DNA of 18,596 bases, taken from the IMG/VR virus record IMGVR_UViG_2703718820_000014. The stretch is one strand, 5' to 3'. The position numbers and the translations under genes were made by a program. The stretch is from a virus. Its lineage: Duplodnaviria > Heunggongvirae > Uroviricota > Caudoviricetes. Every line of letters starts with the position of its first letter. Position 1 is the first letter of the stretch. Positions 1 to 7,702 of the stretch are shown one piece after another. The notes beneath the pieces are model-generated. The model did not search any database. It was not told where the DNA came from and worked only from the letters and a program-made list of their open reading frames with translations.

Positions 1-378
1 GGCACCGCCCGGTGTCACCGTACTGCGACGCGCCAGCTGCTTAATACGCGGGTCCGGACGGTCATATGTCTCCGGCAGCGGAAGGCCTTCACCATACGAC
101 ATGCCGTTTGACTGCCCTGCCAGAACCACAACAAAGTAATACTCCGGGTCGCTGGTGGCGCTGATTACTGTGCCTTCTCCATCCGACGGCTTCACCACCA
201 CAGGTGTGCTCACATCACCTTCTGCGACAATCGCCTGAATAAGTGCTGAGCCATCATCCGTATACGAAGAAAACGGCCCGCCGTATGGCTGCCATCCTTC
301 ACGAATTTTTTGAGCAAGCGCATCCGCAAGGTCTGACGGCGACGCCGCCCTGACCACGTCATAGTGTTTAAATGCCAT
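1..378 (-). CDS. Sialate O-acetylesterase NanS-p-like (DUF1737 N-terminus plus SGNH/DUF303 esterase), 5' portion only; CDS continues past window start
   Basis: Hand translation of the - strand from ATG at 378 gives MAFKHYDVVRAASPSDLADALAQKIREGWQPYGGPF...FVVVLAGQSNGMSYGEG with no stop down to position 1. AGGAGG lies 5 nt upstream of the ATG. The GQSN motif is typical of the 9-O-acetylesterase family encoded downstream of Q in Stx-type phages. Confidence 0.6.
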   Translation of the reverse strand, partial: MAFKHYDVVRAASPSDLADALAQKIREGWQPYGGPFSSYTDDGSALIQAIVAEGDVSTPVVVKPSDGEGTVISATSDPEYYFVVVLAGQSNGMSYGEGLPLPETYDRPDPRIKQLARRSTVTPGGA

Positions 379-575
379 GAATCCTCCTGGCCGGGATAAT
401 GTTGTGAGTCAGATAAGGGGCGGGCTGAAGTCCGGAAGTTACAGGACAATGACAGAAGGAAGACTACAGCCCGCAATACGAAAAAGGCCGCGCAGTTGCG
501 CAGAGTGATTACTGTCGGGTATTATTCGCCAGCTGAAAAATTGATTACTTCACGTTTTGTTGTTTATTCCTTGCT

Positions 576-604
576 GCCCGCGTCTCCCGGCGCGGGCTTT
601 TTTT
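576..604 (+). terminator. Candidate rho-independent terminator (GC hairpin gcccgcg/cgcgggc followed by T7)
   Basis: Stem 576-582 pairs with 591-597, followed by seven T at 598-604. Confidence 0.4.
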
Positions 605-610
605 GCATGT

Positions 611-635
611 AAAAAGGCTCCTGCGATGAGGAGCC
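611..635 (-). terminator. Candidate rho-independent terminator on - strand (ggctcct/aggagcc hairpin, T5 on - strand)
   Basis: Perfect 7-bp stem 616-622 with 629-635 and a 6-nt loop; the A5 run at 611-615 is the T-run on the - strand. Lies downstream of the methyltransferase gene. Confidence 0.4.
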
Positions 636-892
636 TGGATATATGCCTAATCTCTGTATACAGCATGATGCCGGGTGCCTCCCGGTGAATTCTGCAATGA
701 CCAGACAGAATCCGCAACTTGCCTATACAATACGCAACCAAACATCTGTCATTATGCCCCTCCGCTCAGGGGGATTCACCATGCCTGTTCCTTTTAACAA
801 ACGCCCCGCAAAACAGACAACTGTCAACCGTCTGAATTGTGAGACATTTAAAATTTTCGGGGCGTAACTGATACCCGGTTAATTCTGCAATA

Positions 893-1951
893 TCATCCGT
901 TCTGACTGACTAAATCCTGAACTTCCCTGACAGTCTGCTCAAAACGTTCAGTCTCCAGCTCAACGCCAGTTGCACGACGTCCCAGCGCCATCGCTGCTTT
1001 GACTGTCGAACCCGACCCCATGAAGAAATCTGCAACCAGGTCACCCGGACGACTGCTCGCGCTGATTATCTGCTGCAGCATTTCTGCTGGTTTTTCGCAC
1101 GGATGTTTCCCGGGATAGTACTGCACCGGTTTATGCGTCCACACATCGGTGTACGGCACCTGCGCCGTCACGCCAAAATACCGCCGCAGATACTTATATT
1201 CACTCTGCAGTTCCGCATACTGCCGGTTCAGTTCACTGTATGTGCTGACCAGTTGGTGATGTGGCTTTTCCAGTTCTCCGCGCTGATGCTTCTCTTCTGC
1301 CACCCGGGCAAACAGCGCCTGTAATTTCAGATAATCGCTTTCGTCCGGTAGCTGCCACTGGCTGGCACTGAACCAGTGCGACACCATGTTTTTCTTTCCT
1401 GTGGCATCAGCAATCTGTTTTGCCGTTATCCCCAGGGCAGCACGTGCATCACGAAAGTAAGAAATCAGCGGGGCCATCACATGCTGTTTCAGTGCCCTGC
1501 CCTTCGCCTCATACCCGGCATCTTTCGGGCGATACGGCCCCTGATAATGTTCCGCGAACAGAATGCGCTCTGTGGCGGGGAAATACGCCCGCAGGCTTTC
1601 CTTGTTGCACCCGTTCCAGCGTCCGGACGGCTTCGCCCAGATAATATGGTTCAGCACACTGAAGCGTTCACGCATCATGATTTCAATGTCAGATGCCAGG
1701 CGATGGCCACAGAACAGGTAAAGACTTCCGGCAGGTTTCAGCACCCGCCAGAACTGCGCAAGACACTGGTCCAGCCACTTCAGGTAATCATCGTCGCCCT
1801 TCCACTGGTTATCCCAACCCTCAGGCTTCACTTTAAAGTACGGCGGGTCCGTGACTATCAGGTCAACAGAATTTTCGGGTAACGACCGGATAAATTCCAG
1901 GCAGTCGGCGTTGATTAACTCACAACTGGATATTTTTACAGTGTTAAGCAT
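893..1951 (-). CDS. DNA methyltransferase, N6-adenine/N4-cytosine type (PF01555-like, beta class), orphan
   Basis: 352-aa ORF with ATG at 1951. DPPY motif (motif IV) near the N-terminus in VTDPPYF and an AdoMet motif I-like FFMGSGST near the C-terminus. No adjacent restriction endonuclease ORF. Confidence 0.85.
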   Translation of the reverse strand: MLNTVKISSCELINADCLEFIRSLPENSVDLIVTDPPYFKVKPEGWDNQWKGDDDYLKWLDQCLAQFWRVLKPAGSLYLFCGHRLASDIEIMMRERFSVLNHIIWAKPSGRWNGCNKESLRAYFPATERILFAEHYQGPYRPKDAGYEAKGRALKQHVMAPLISYFRDARAALGITAKQIADATGKKNMVSHWFSASQWQLPDESDYLKLQALFARVAEEKHQRGELEKPHHQLVSTYSELNRQYAELQSEYKYLRRYFGVTAQVPYTDVWTHKPVQYYPGKHPCEKPAEMLQQIISASSRPGDLVADFFMGSGSTVKAAMALGRRATGVELETERFEQTVREVQDLVSQNG

Positions 1952-2090
1952 GGATCATTAAGCCTGTCTCTGATAGGCTCATTCTGCTTTTGCGCAAAGC
2001 AGTGGGCCTGAGGTTTGCTTGTGATCCAGACGCATGAGCAGATGGCTGGTGAGTGCCCCTAACACCCACCAGCCGCCCATTTACCACAAA

Positions 2091-2113
2091 TAAAAAAGCC
2101 TTCATGACTGAAG
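2091..2113 (-). terminator. Weak candidate terminator overlapping the stop codon of the small upstream gene
   Basis: 5-bp stem cttca/tgaag at 2100-2104 and 2109-2113; the A6 run at 2092-2097 is a T-run on the - strand. Confidence 0.3.
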
Positions 2114-2299
2114 ACGTCTGTAACAACCGAACTGATAGTCTGCCAGACCCGCCATAACAAGCTGGGTCAGTATTAACTGACAGCGTTCGCGTGAAAGGTA
2201 CGTATTCTGTGCAATCTCCCCGACTGTCGCCGGTTCGGTGACGCTTAATTCATTAAACACCACTCTGGCGGTTTCTGTCATATCCTGCTGTTTCAGCAT
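2102..2299 (-). CDS. Small hypothetical protein (about 65 aa), possible winged-helix fold
   Basis: ATG at 2299 is preceded by GGGGA about 9 nt upstream. The longer GTG-start version beginning at 2422 abuts the T-run of the terminator and has no SD, so it is disfavoured. Confidence 0.4.
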   Translation of the reverse strand: MLKQQDMTETARVVFNELSVTEPATVGEIAQNTYLSRERCQLILTQLVMAGLADYQFGCYRRLQS

Positions 2300-2422
2300 G
2301 TCTTTTCCCCTTTTCCGGTTAACGTGACACACCAATAACTCTTGTCGAAAAAGCCAGCAAGCTGAAAGAACGGTATTAATAACCACCAGCGAATTTATTG
2401 CGCTGCTGTATATTACGGACAC

Positions 2423-2443
2423 AAAAAAACCACCTTCCGGTGG
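2423..2443 (-). terminator. tR'-like intrinsic terminator downstream of the Q-like gene
   Basis: Hairpin ccacc-ttcc-ggtgg at 2430-2443 followed on the - strand by T7 (A7 at 2423-2429 on + strand). About 75 bp downstream of the Q-like stop, as expected for the short pR' transcript of lambdoid phages. Confidence 0.5.
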
Positions 2444-2515
2444 CTTCCTTGTGCGAAAAAACTTGCGTTTCGCCTCGCGATACAGCCTTGCGAAGCTTAT
2501 ACGGATTGAAGCAGT

Positions 2516-3088
2516 TTATTGATCAGTTTGCAACATTTTTTTCTCTGTAACAAAAGCCATACGCATGGGGGCATGTAACATAAATTCAGATATCCCCAAC
2601 CACTGATCAATTCGGCGTCTGCACGTAACCAACGTCCACTCAGGATGATCTGCATTTAACCTTTCGGCCATTTTCAGTTTGCTCATTCCTCGTCCTTCGT
2701 ACCTTTGCCGGAGAATATTGATTAGCCCGGGATATTCCCCAAGCACCTCACTGATAACGCGATCAATAATCAACGCCTCTGTGTCTGTACAATGTGACAA
2801 CCAGCTCTTCTGCTTCCCTCTGGTCATATCCCGAAAAAATGCCTCAAGTTCCGGTTTATCCAGCCCGGATTTCTTCATTCTGCGTAAAACTTCATTAACT
2901 GCTGTTTTCGTCAGCTTTTTCGAAACCAGTAACCGGTTAAACATATTTCCGGATTTACCCCCACCGATATACGACCACCGCCCCCACATCCGTAATTTCC
3001 CCTGGATCCAGACTGCTTCCAGCGTGTTCAGGCGTAAATGTTCGCCGCTTTTGCCTGTAATTTCCGGATATATCATATTTACGCTCAC
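2516..3088 (-). CDS. Putative late-gene antiterminator Q-like protein
   Basis: 190-aa ORF directly downstream of rusA with a GTGA start/stop overlap (alternative ATG at 3076), followed by a terminator hairpin. Assignment rests on position; there is no similarity to lambda Q itself, so the family is uncertain. Confidence 0.5.
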   Translation of the reverse strand: MSVNMIYPEITGKSGEHLRLNTLEAVWIQGKLRMWGRWSYIGGGKSGNMFNRLLVSKKLTKTAVNEVLRRMKKSGLDKPELEAFFRDMTRGKQKSWLSHCTDTEALIIDRVISEVLGEYPGLINILRQRYEGRGMSKLKMAERLNADHPEWTLVTCRRRIDQWLGISEFMLHAPMRMAFVTEKKMLQTDQ

Positions 3089-3450
3089 TCACTCTCAATT
3101 TTGTAAATCTTCACACCCAGCCGACCACCAAGAACAAGCTGACCACGTACAATATTGATTTCATCAAACTGCTCGTCATCAATGAGCACTCCCGCATGCG
3201 TCAGCGCATCCAGCGGTGCTTTCAGAATGTTGTCCAGGTCACGACGACGCTTATCCGGTGGCTCTGCAATAATTTTTATTGCCAGCCGTCCGGACAGGCT
3301 TAATTTCAGCCGCTGCTGGCGAACAATAAGCGCCACTGCCCGGCGATAGCGCTTTCCCTCCTCCGATATAAAATATGTGCTGCCACGGCGTCGCCAGTAA
3401 GTGTTCACCGTCGGCGGGTAAGGCAAAACAAATTCTATGCGCTCGGTCAT
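3085..3450 (-). CDS. rusA: Holliday junction resolvase RusA
   Basis: 121-aa ORF; the motif DKRRRDLDNILKAPLDALTHAGVLIDD matches the RusA catalytic region as recalled. ATG at 3450 immediately follows the upstream stop. Confidence 0.9.
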   Translation of the reverse strand: MTERIEFVLPYPPTVNTYWRRRGSTYFISEEGKRYRRAVALIVRQQRLKLSLSGRLAIKIIAEPPDKRRRDLDNILKAPLDALTHAGVLIDDEQFDEINIVRGQLVLGGRLGVKIYKIESE

Positions 3451-4509
3451 TTATGCTTTCCACTTCAGAACACCCGAATTTCTCGCGTGCATTAAAAAAC
3501 GAATCAGCAACAACAGCTGACTGCCGTGTTTCTCTTCAAAATCTTTTACCCCGGCGTGTAGTTCGTTATGGCATTTACGGCATAACGGAATAACAAACAA
3601 ATCGTCAGCCTTTGTTCCCATACCTCCCAGTCCATGACCAATGATGTGATGCGGATCATCTGCCTGATTGCCACACGTCATGCATTTCTGCGTTTTTACC
3701 CAGCGCGTGTATACAGGCATCTCTTCCCGTTGTGGTTTCTGGCGCTGGAGGTACTGAGCCGGAGACTCCGGATCAACGGCGATGCTTACTAACGTCTTTT
3801 CCTGGGGGGGATTTTGTTGCTGGTGGACGTGAAGTGGCAGCGCAATATTTTTTGTGCGCTGCTTCAGTATGCTGGTGGCGGCCTGCTCTCCCGGTATGAT
3901 GTCGCTCTCACGGTATACGGAGCGGATTTTTTCCGCTGGTAATCCCAGCGAACGACGCACTACTGCCTCAGGTAGTGCATCCACCACCTGATTGCAGACC
4001 GCCCACCAGGATAATTCGGCCAGCGATAACTCCCTCTCCTGCGTACTGCTTATTGCGTGACGGATGACGTCAATCATCCAGGCAACCAGATTCTGCTGAG
4101 CAAGTTGATCGAGTGATTCTGATGTCTGGTCGCGCAGCTGGTTGTCACAGTGCCAGCACAACACCATCGCGCCGGTACCGTAACGGTGAATGACGGTTTC
4201 GCTGTGATGATAATCACCGTGTGGCCACTGGCAGGATTTCACGTGACGTAATAACCAGTCAGACAGTGCACCTGCACCACCTGCTGCACGAATAACCCGC
4301 TCATCGCTGAAAAATGGCAGTAATGTTTTATCCTCTGCCAGCGGCTGGCGAACGGCAGGAACGACTCCGGACGGCAGACCGCGCATGTTTTTCGGTTCCG
4401 GTTCCACCAATATTCTGCCGTTATGGAATGCTGACATTGATTCACGGCCCGGCTTAAGGAGCACCATCCCGAGTTCCGGTACCAGAACAGGTCGAAGTAA
4501 TACCCGCAC
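3451..4509 (-). CDS. DUF968-family protein (HNH-like Cys/His motif)
   Basis: 352-aa ORF with C-terminal CMTCGN...HHIIGHG...CRKCHNELHAG cysteine/histidine cluster. GTG start at 4509 is preceded by GGAGGT overlapping the upstream stop. Confidence 0.75.
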   Translation of the reverse strand: MRVLLRPVLVPELGMVLLKPGRESMSAFHNGRILVEPEPKNMRGLPSGVVPAVRQPLAEDKTLLPFFSDERVIRAAGGAGALSDWLLRHVKSCQWPHGDYHHSETVIHRYGTGAMVLCWHCDNQLRDQTSESLDQLAQQNLVAWMIDVIRHAISSTQERELSLAELSWWAVCNQVVDALPEAVVRRSLGLPAEKIRSVYRESDIIPGEQAATSILKQRTKNIALPLHVHQQQNPPQEKTLVSIAVDPESPAQYLQRQKPQREEMPVYTRWVKTQKCMTCGNQADDPHHIIGHGLGGMGTKADDLFVIPLCRKCHNELHAGVKDFEEKHGSQLLLLIRFLMHARNSGVLKWKA

Positions 4510-4510
4510 G

Positions 4511-4789
4511 TTACCTCCAGATGCGCTGCTGGAATGTGCGGGACGGACGCGGTGGGCGTTCGGAATAAGGGAGCCTGACGGAGATTATCCAGTGACGACG
4601 ATCGAAGCTGAGATCTTTCTGAAACTCGTAACCACGTCTGCGGTAGCACTGGATCAGCCATTCGGCCTGTTCTTCAGTGCATGGGTCATGCTGGAACCAG
4701 TCAGATTTGAATGCATGAGAACGCCGCCCGTGCCTGCTGGCAGGGGCGGCAGAGTTATCCGAATTGTGTAATTTGGTATCTTGCGCCAT
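4511..4789 (-). CDS. Hypothetical protein (start uncertain: ATG 4789 or TTG 4843)
   Basis: ORF in the same operon orientation ending 2 nt before the DUF968 start. No recognised motif. Confidence 0.4.
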   Translation of the reverse strand: MAQDTKLHNSDNSAAPASRHGRRSHAFKSDWFQHDPCTEEQAEWLIQCYRRRGYEFQKDLSFDRRHWIISVRLPYSERPPRPSRTFQQRIWR

Positions 4790-4861
4790 CGGTTGTCTCT
4801 GCTGGCGCAGCAGGTGCCAGTTGTTCAGGCTGGCGTGCGGCAATATTGTCTCTGATTTCTG

Positions 4862-4889
4862 TTGTCGTCAACAGGCAGCGTGCTATCAT
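4862..4889 (+). promoter_or_regulatory. Candidate sigma70 promoter for the parDE-like module
   Basis: TTGTCG at 4862-4867, 16-nt spacer, TATCAT at 4884-4889, about 35 nt upstream of the ParD-like ATG. Confidence 0.35.
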
Positions 4890-4924
4890 CGAATAGTGTT
4901 CTATCCTACTCCGTGAGGTTTACC

Positions 4925-5182
4925 ATGCGTACAACCCAACAATTCAGCATTACATTAACTAACGAGATGGCTGACATGGTGCGCGCCCGTGTGGCTTCCG
5001 GTGCCTATGCTTCAGAAAGCGAGGTCATTCGTGAAGGGCTTCGCGCACTGAATGAGCGCGATAAAGCAATCGAAGCGTGGTTAACGCATTCAGCCGCCCC
5101 CTCTCTTGATTCTATCCGCGAAAACCCAAACAACGGACGCTCCATTTCACAGGTTCGCGCCGCGATTCGATCCGGGAAGTAA
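4925..5182 (+). CDS. parD: ParD-like antitoxin (ribbon-helix-helix, COG3609-type)
   Basis: 85 aa from ATG 4925 with GAGGT upstream. The sequence ITLTNEMADMVRARVASGAYASESEVIREGLRAL is typical of ParD antitoxins; it is followed 5 nt later by a ParE-like ORF. Confidence 0.8.
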   Translation: MRTTQQFSITLTNEMADMVRARVASGAYASESEVIREGLRALNERDKAIEAWLTHSAAPSLDSIRENPNNGRSISQVRAAIRSGK

Positions 5183-5187
5183 TCTGC

Positions 5188-5487
5188 ATGACATATGAAG
5201 TCATCATTACTCCTGAGGCCGAACAACAAATAATCAACCTGCACAGATATATAACGGAGAAAGCAGGGAACGTCATTGCTGACAATTATGCCAATGCGCT
5301 TCTTGATTATCTTGATGGGTTTTCTACATTCCCGCATCGGGGCAATAAACGCGATGATATTCGCCAGGGGATGCGGGTAACTCATTTCCGCCACAGAACG
5401 ATTATTGCTTTTGCCGTTGATGGCAGAAAAGTCTTTATTGTCGGTATCTATCATGGTGGGCAAAGTTATGAAACCGATTTCTTATAA
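5188..5487 (+). CDS. parE: ParE/RelE-family toxin
   Basis: 99-aa ORF tightly linked downstream of the ParD-like gene, with the size and gene order of a type II ParDE pair. Confidence 0.8.
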   Translation: MTYEVIITPEAEQQIINLHRYITEKAGNVIADNYANALLDYLDGFSTFPHRGNKRDDIRQGMRVTHFRHRTIIAFAVDGRKVFIVGIYHGGQSYETDFL

Positions 5488-5568
5488 ACTTTTACCCACA
5501 TCATTCCGGTGTTAGAATAAACCGTCCGCCCCTCTCTTACTGCGGATTCGTAGGCTATATAAATCAAA

Positions 5569-5602
5569 GATCCCGGCTCATGTTTGTGGCGGGATCTTTT
5601 TT
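5569..5602. terminator. Terminator hairpin between the convergent parE and DUF551 operons (strong on + strand, weaker on - strand)
   Basis: Stem gatcccggc / gcgggatc (5569-5596) followed by T6 at 5597-5602; the - strand version is followed by TTTGATTT. Confidence 0.55.
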
Positions 5603-5609
5603 CGGCGAT

Positions 5610-5693
5610 TTATCCCCAGCGGCAAATCGAATACACCACCAGCGCCACCGCCATTGCAATACCAACATTTGAGAAGGCCTCAGGCCAGCTCAT
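5610..5693 (-). CDS. Candidate 27-aa hydrophobic peptide (MSWPEAFSNVGIAMAVALVVYSICRWG)
   Basis: ATG at 5693 overlaps the DUF551 stop as ATGA; AAGGAGGTG lies 7 nt upstream. Too short to appear in the ORF track. Confidence 0.3.
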   Translation of the reverse strand: MSWPEAFSNVGIAMAVALVVYSICRWG

Positions 5694-6043
5694 TGGCGCA
5701 CCTCCTTCGGCGGTTCTGGTAGCGGCATCCAGTGTGTGGCTTCACACACGATAGGCGCACCGAAACACTGCGCATACTGGAAGTCACCCGTATTATCCAG
5801 GTTAAAACCTGTAAACTGTTCACCCGTGCTGGACACAAACAGTAGTACATCAACACCAACTGGCGGCATTCGCTCACTACAGCTTATCCAACCATCCGGA
5901 GTTACCGGAGAATTGCCAGCCTTGCGCATGGCAATCTCCATGATTTCAACCATATCCCCTGGTGGAATTTTACAATGCTGACCAGTATGCTTCTGCTGCC
6001 TGGCATATTCGAGGATGTGCTCCAGCTTGATACGATTAATCAT
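5690..6043 (-). CDS. DUF551-family phage protein
   Basis: 117 aa ending in the characteristic ATHWMPLPEPP motif. ATG at 6043 overlaps the upstream stop (ATGA) with GGGAGA upstream. Confidence 0.8.
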   Translation of the reverse strand: MINRIKLEHILEYARQQKHTGQHCKIPPGDMVEIMEIAMRKAGNSPVTPDGWISCSERMPPVGVDVLLFVSSTGEQFTGFNLDNTGDFQYAQCFGAPIVCEATHWMPLPEPPKEVRQ

Positions 6044-6393
6044 GATTTATCTCCCTGAAGCATGGCTTCGCGGCAGTCGTTCCAGCCTTCAGCATAATCA
6101 CTATATGCAAGAGGCCAACCGTTTCTGTATTCACGCGGCAACTTACTAGGCACTGGCGGGGCGGCGTAAAGCTGGTGCGTTCCATCAGGCAGCGAGTGAC
6201 CAACATACTCACCGAACCCGTCAACACACATGCCCCCATCTTCAATAATACATGAAGCTACAGGCTTCGCTTCCAGCGATGCCAGCGCGATAAGCGCCAG
6301 CTCACGAATTTCACCGCCGTCTATATCGTCAATGTCATCGCGGCCAGAAATGTTAGCCAGCCATTGCAGTCGCTCTTTGGTAATAGTGGTCAT
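6040..6393 (-). CDS. Hypothetical phage protein
   Basis: 117-aa ORF with ATG at 6393 preceded by GAAGGAGAG; it sits between coupled neighbours in the same operon. Confidence 0.65.
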   Translation of the reverse strand: MTTITKERLQWLANISGRDDIDDIDGGEIRELALIALASLEAKPVASCIIEDGGMCVDGFGEYVGHSLPDGTHQLYAAPPVPSKLPREYRNGWPLAYSDYAEGWNDCREAMLQGDKS

Positions 6394-6394
6394 C

Positions 6395-6739
6395 TCACTC
6401 TCCTTCTATGCGAATACCAGCAGCAGTCAGTGCGGCATTGACCTCATCAGCGTAGTAGTACGTTAATCCACTTGATGATTTAGCCAGCTTGAATGGTTCT
6501 GGTAACTTCACTATGCGGGACTCCTGCTCGTCGATACGCTGTTTTGCTTCCTCCAGTTCATCCAGCAAATCAGCGATAATATCCACTTCACGATGACGGA
6601 TTTCACGCTTAAACGCAGCCAAAGCTGCATCACAATCCTGCTCAGCGTTTGGACTGTCTGGTTTCTCCTGATACCACGCCAGCATCGACCGATAGTTTTG
6701 TGCTGCCTCACGCAATGCCTGATAGTCAATCTTGCTCAC
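6395..6739 (-). CDS. Ead/Ea22-like protein (short paralog)
   Basis: GTG start at 6739 preceded by AGGAGG with a 6-nt spacer. The N-terminus MSKIDYQALREAAQ and a coiled-coil segment resemble the neighbouring paralog. Confidence 0.6.
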   Translation of the reverse strand: MSKIDYQALREAAQNYRSMLAWYQEKPDSPNAEQDCDAALAAFKREIRHREVDIIADLLDELEEAKQRIDEQESRIVKLPEPFKLAKSSSGLTYYYADEVNAALTAAGIRIEGE

Positions 6740-7051
6740 TGGTTGCCTCCTGCTTGAATCTGCGCACGGAAAGAATCGGGCATTTTGTAATCCCGCCCTC
6801 TTTCTCCCATCGGAGGAACGGGAATCGATATGCTTCAAAATTAAGCCCCGCAGAGCGATCGCTTTGGAAGCATTTCTTACCTACCACCCAAACGTTTTCG
6901 AATCGACGCTCAATACGAACTGCCGTCCTCCATCCGAATGGCGCGCCTGCATTAACGGCTGCATTTTTTGTCGGAAAAGTTGGCACGGATGACACAATTT
7001 CATCAACACGCACGCTTAGGTGGCAATCGTCGACATAACTAATTGAAGCTC

Positions 7052-7702
7052 TCATGACTGAACTCCTTTGCGAAGCTGGGCAGCAAAGTCAACTAACCAC
7101 TCAGTCATTTCAACCTTCCCTATCAGGTCTGAACCAGGGTGCATACAGCAATCACTCTGCGCCGCTTTGAAATCCTTATACTCATATTCTTGGGCCACCA
7201 GATTTTTTGCAGCTTCTATAGCAGCATCCACCCCCAGCGCCCGCACTTCAGACAGGAAAGCATCGGTGGCTGGCATATTTCCTGTTGCCTTCATGGCCTC
7301 CAAAATAACCAGAACGCCATCTCTCCCAACCTCCTCGCAGATAACCTCGGTGTTGTCGCCAACAACATCGCAGAATGCCTGAACTGCTTTACGAGCAAGT
7401 GCATTCTCCGCCGCCAGCGCCACAAGATTAGCTTCCAGCTCTGCAATACGTTTGCTTTGGGCTTCCCGTTCATCCAGCAGTGCCTGTACTACTTCAGGGT
7501 TGAAAGCTGCAATAAATTCTGCGTTGTTCTCTGCATTTTTCTGGTCATCAAAGCCAGGCCATTTGATAATGTCTCCGCAACGTTCATCCCCCGGCGTATG
7601 CACCGCATATGTATCAGTGCCCGGCGAAATGAATGCGACCCATTCGCCCTGGGTTGCCAGTTTTGCTATCTCACGTAGCGTCTGATAATTAATTTTTCTC
7701 AC
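7052..7702 (-). CDS. Ead/Ea22-like protein (long paralog)
   Basis: GTG start at 7702 within the same 18-bp RBS-start block as the short paralog. N-terminus MRKINYQTLREIAK and coiled-coil FNPEVVQALLDEREAQSKRIAELEANL. Confidence 0.6.
   Translation of the reverse strand: MRKINYQTLREIAKLATQGEWVAFISPGTDTYAVHTPGDERCGDIIKWPGFDDQKNAENNAEFIAAFNPEVVQALLDEREAQSKRIAELEANLVALAAENALARKAVQAFCDVVGDNTEVICEEVGRDGVLVILEAMKATGNMPATDAFLSEVRALGVDAAIEAAKNLVAQEYEYKDFKAAQSDCCMHPGSDLIGKVEMTEWLVDFAAQLRKGVQS

Noticed and set aside
210-476. 88-aa - strand ORF in the track
   Set aside because: It lies in a different frame from, and overlaps, the well-supported NanS-like N-terminus (ATG 378 with AGGAGG), and runs through the upstream UTR; it has no motif.
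1376-1882. 168-aa and 74-aa + strand ORFs inside the methyltransferase locus
   Set aside because: They are antisense to a gene with clear catalytic motifs, have no SD and a biased composition typical of shadow ORFs.
2679-3158. 159-aa + strand ORF antisense to the Q-like and rusA genes
   Set aside because: Shadow ORF opposite two coupled genes; no start context.
4239-4771. Overlapping ORFs (140 aa on -, 128 aa on +) within the DUF968 and adjacent gene
   Set aside because: Alternative-frame ORFs inside a gene with an HNH-like motif and good start context.
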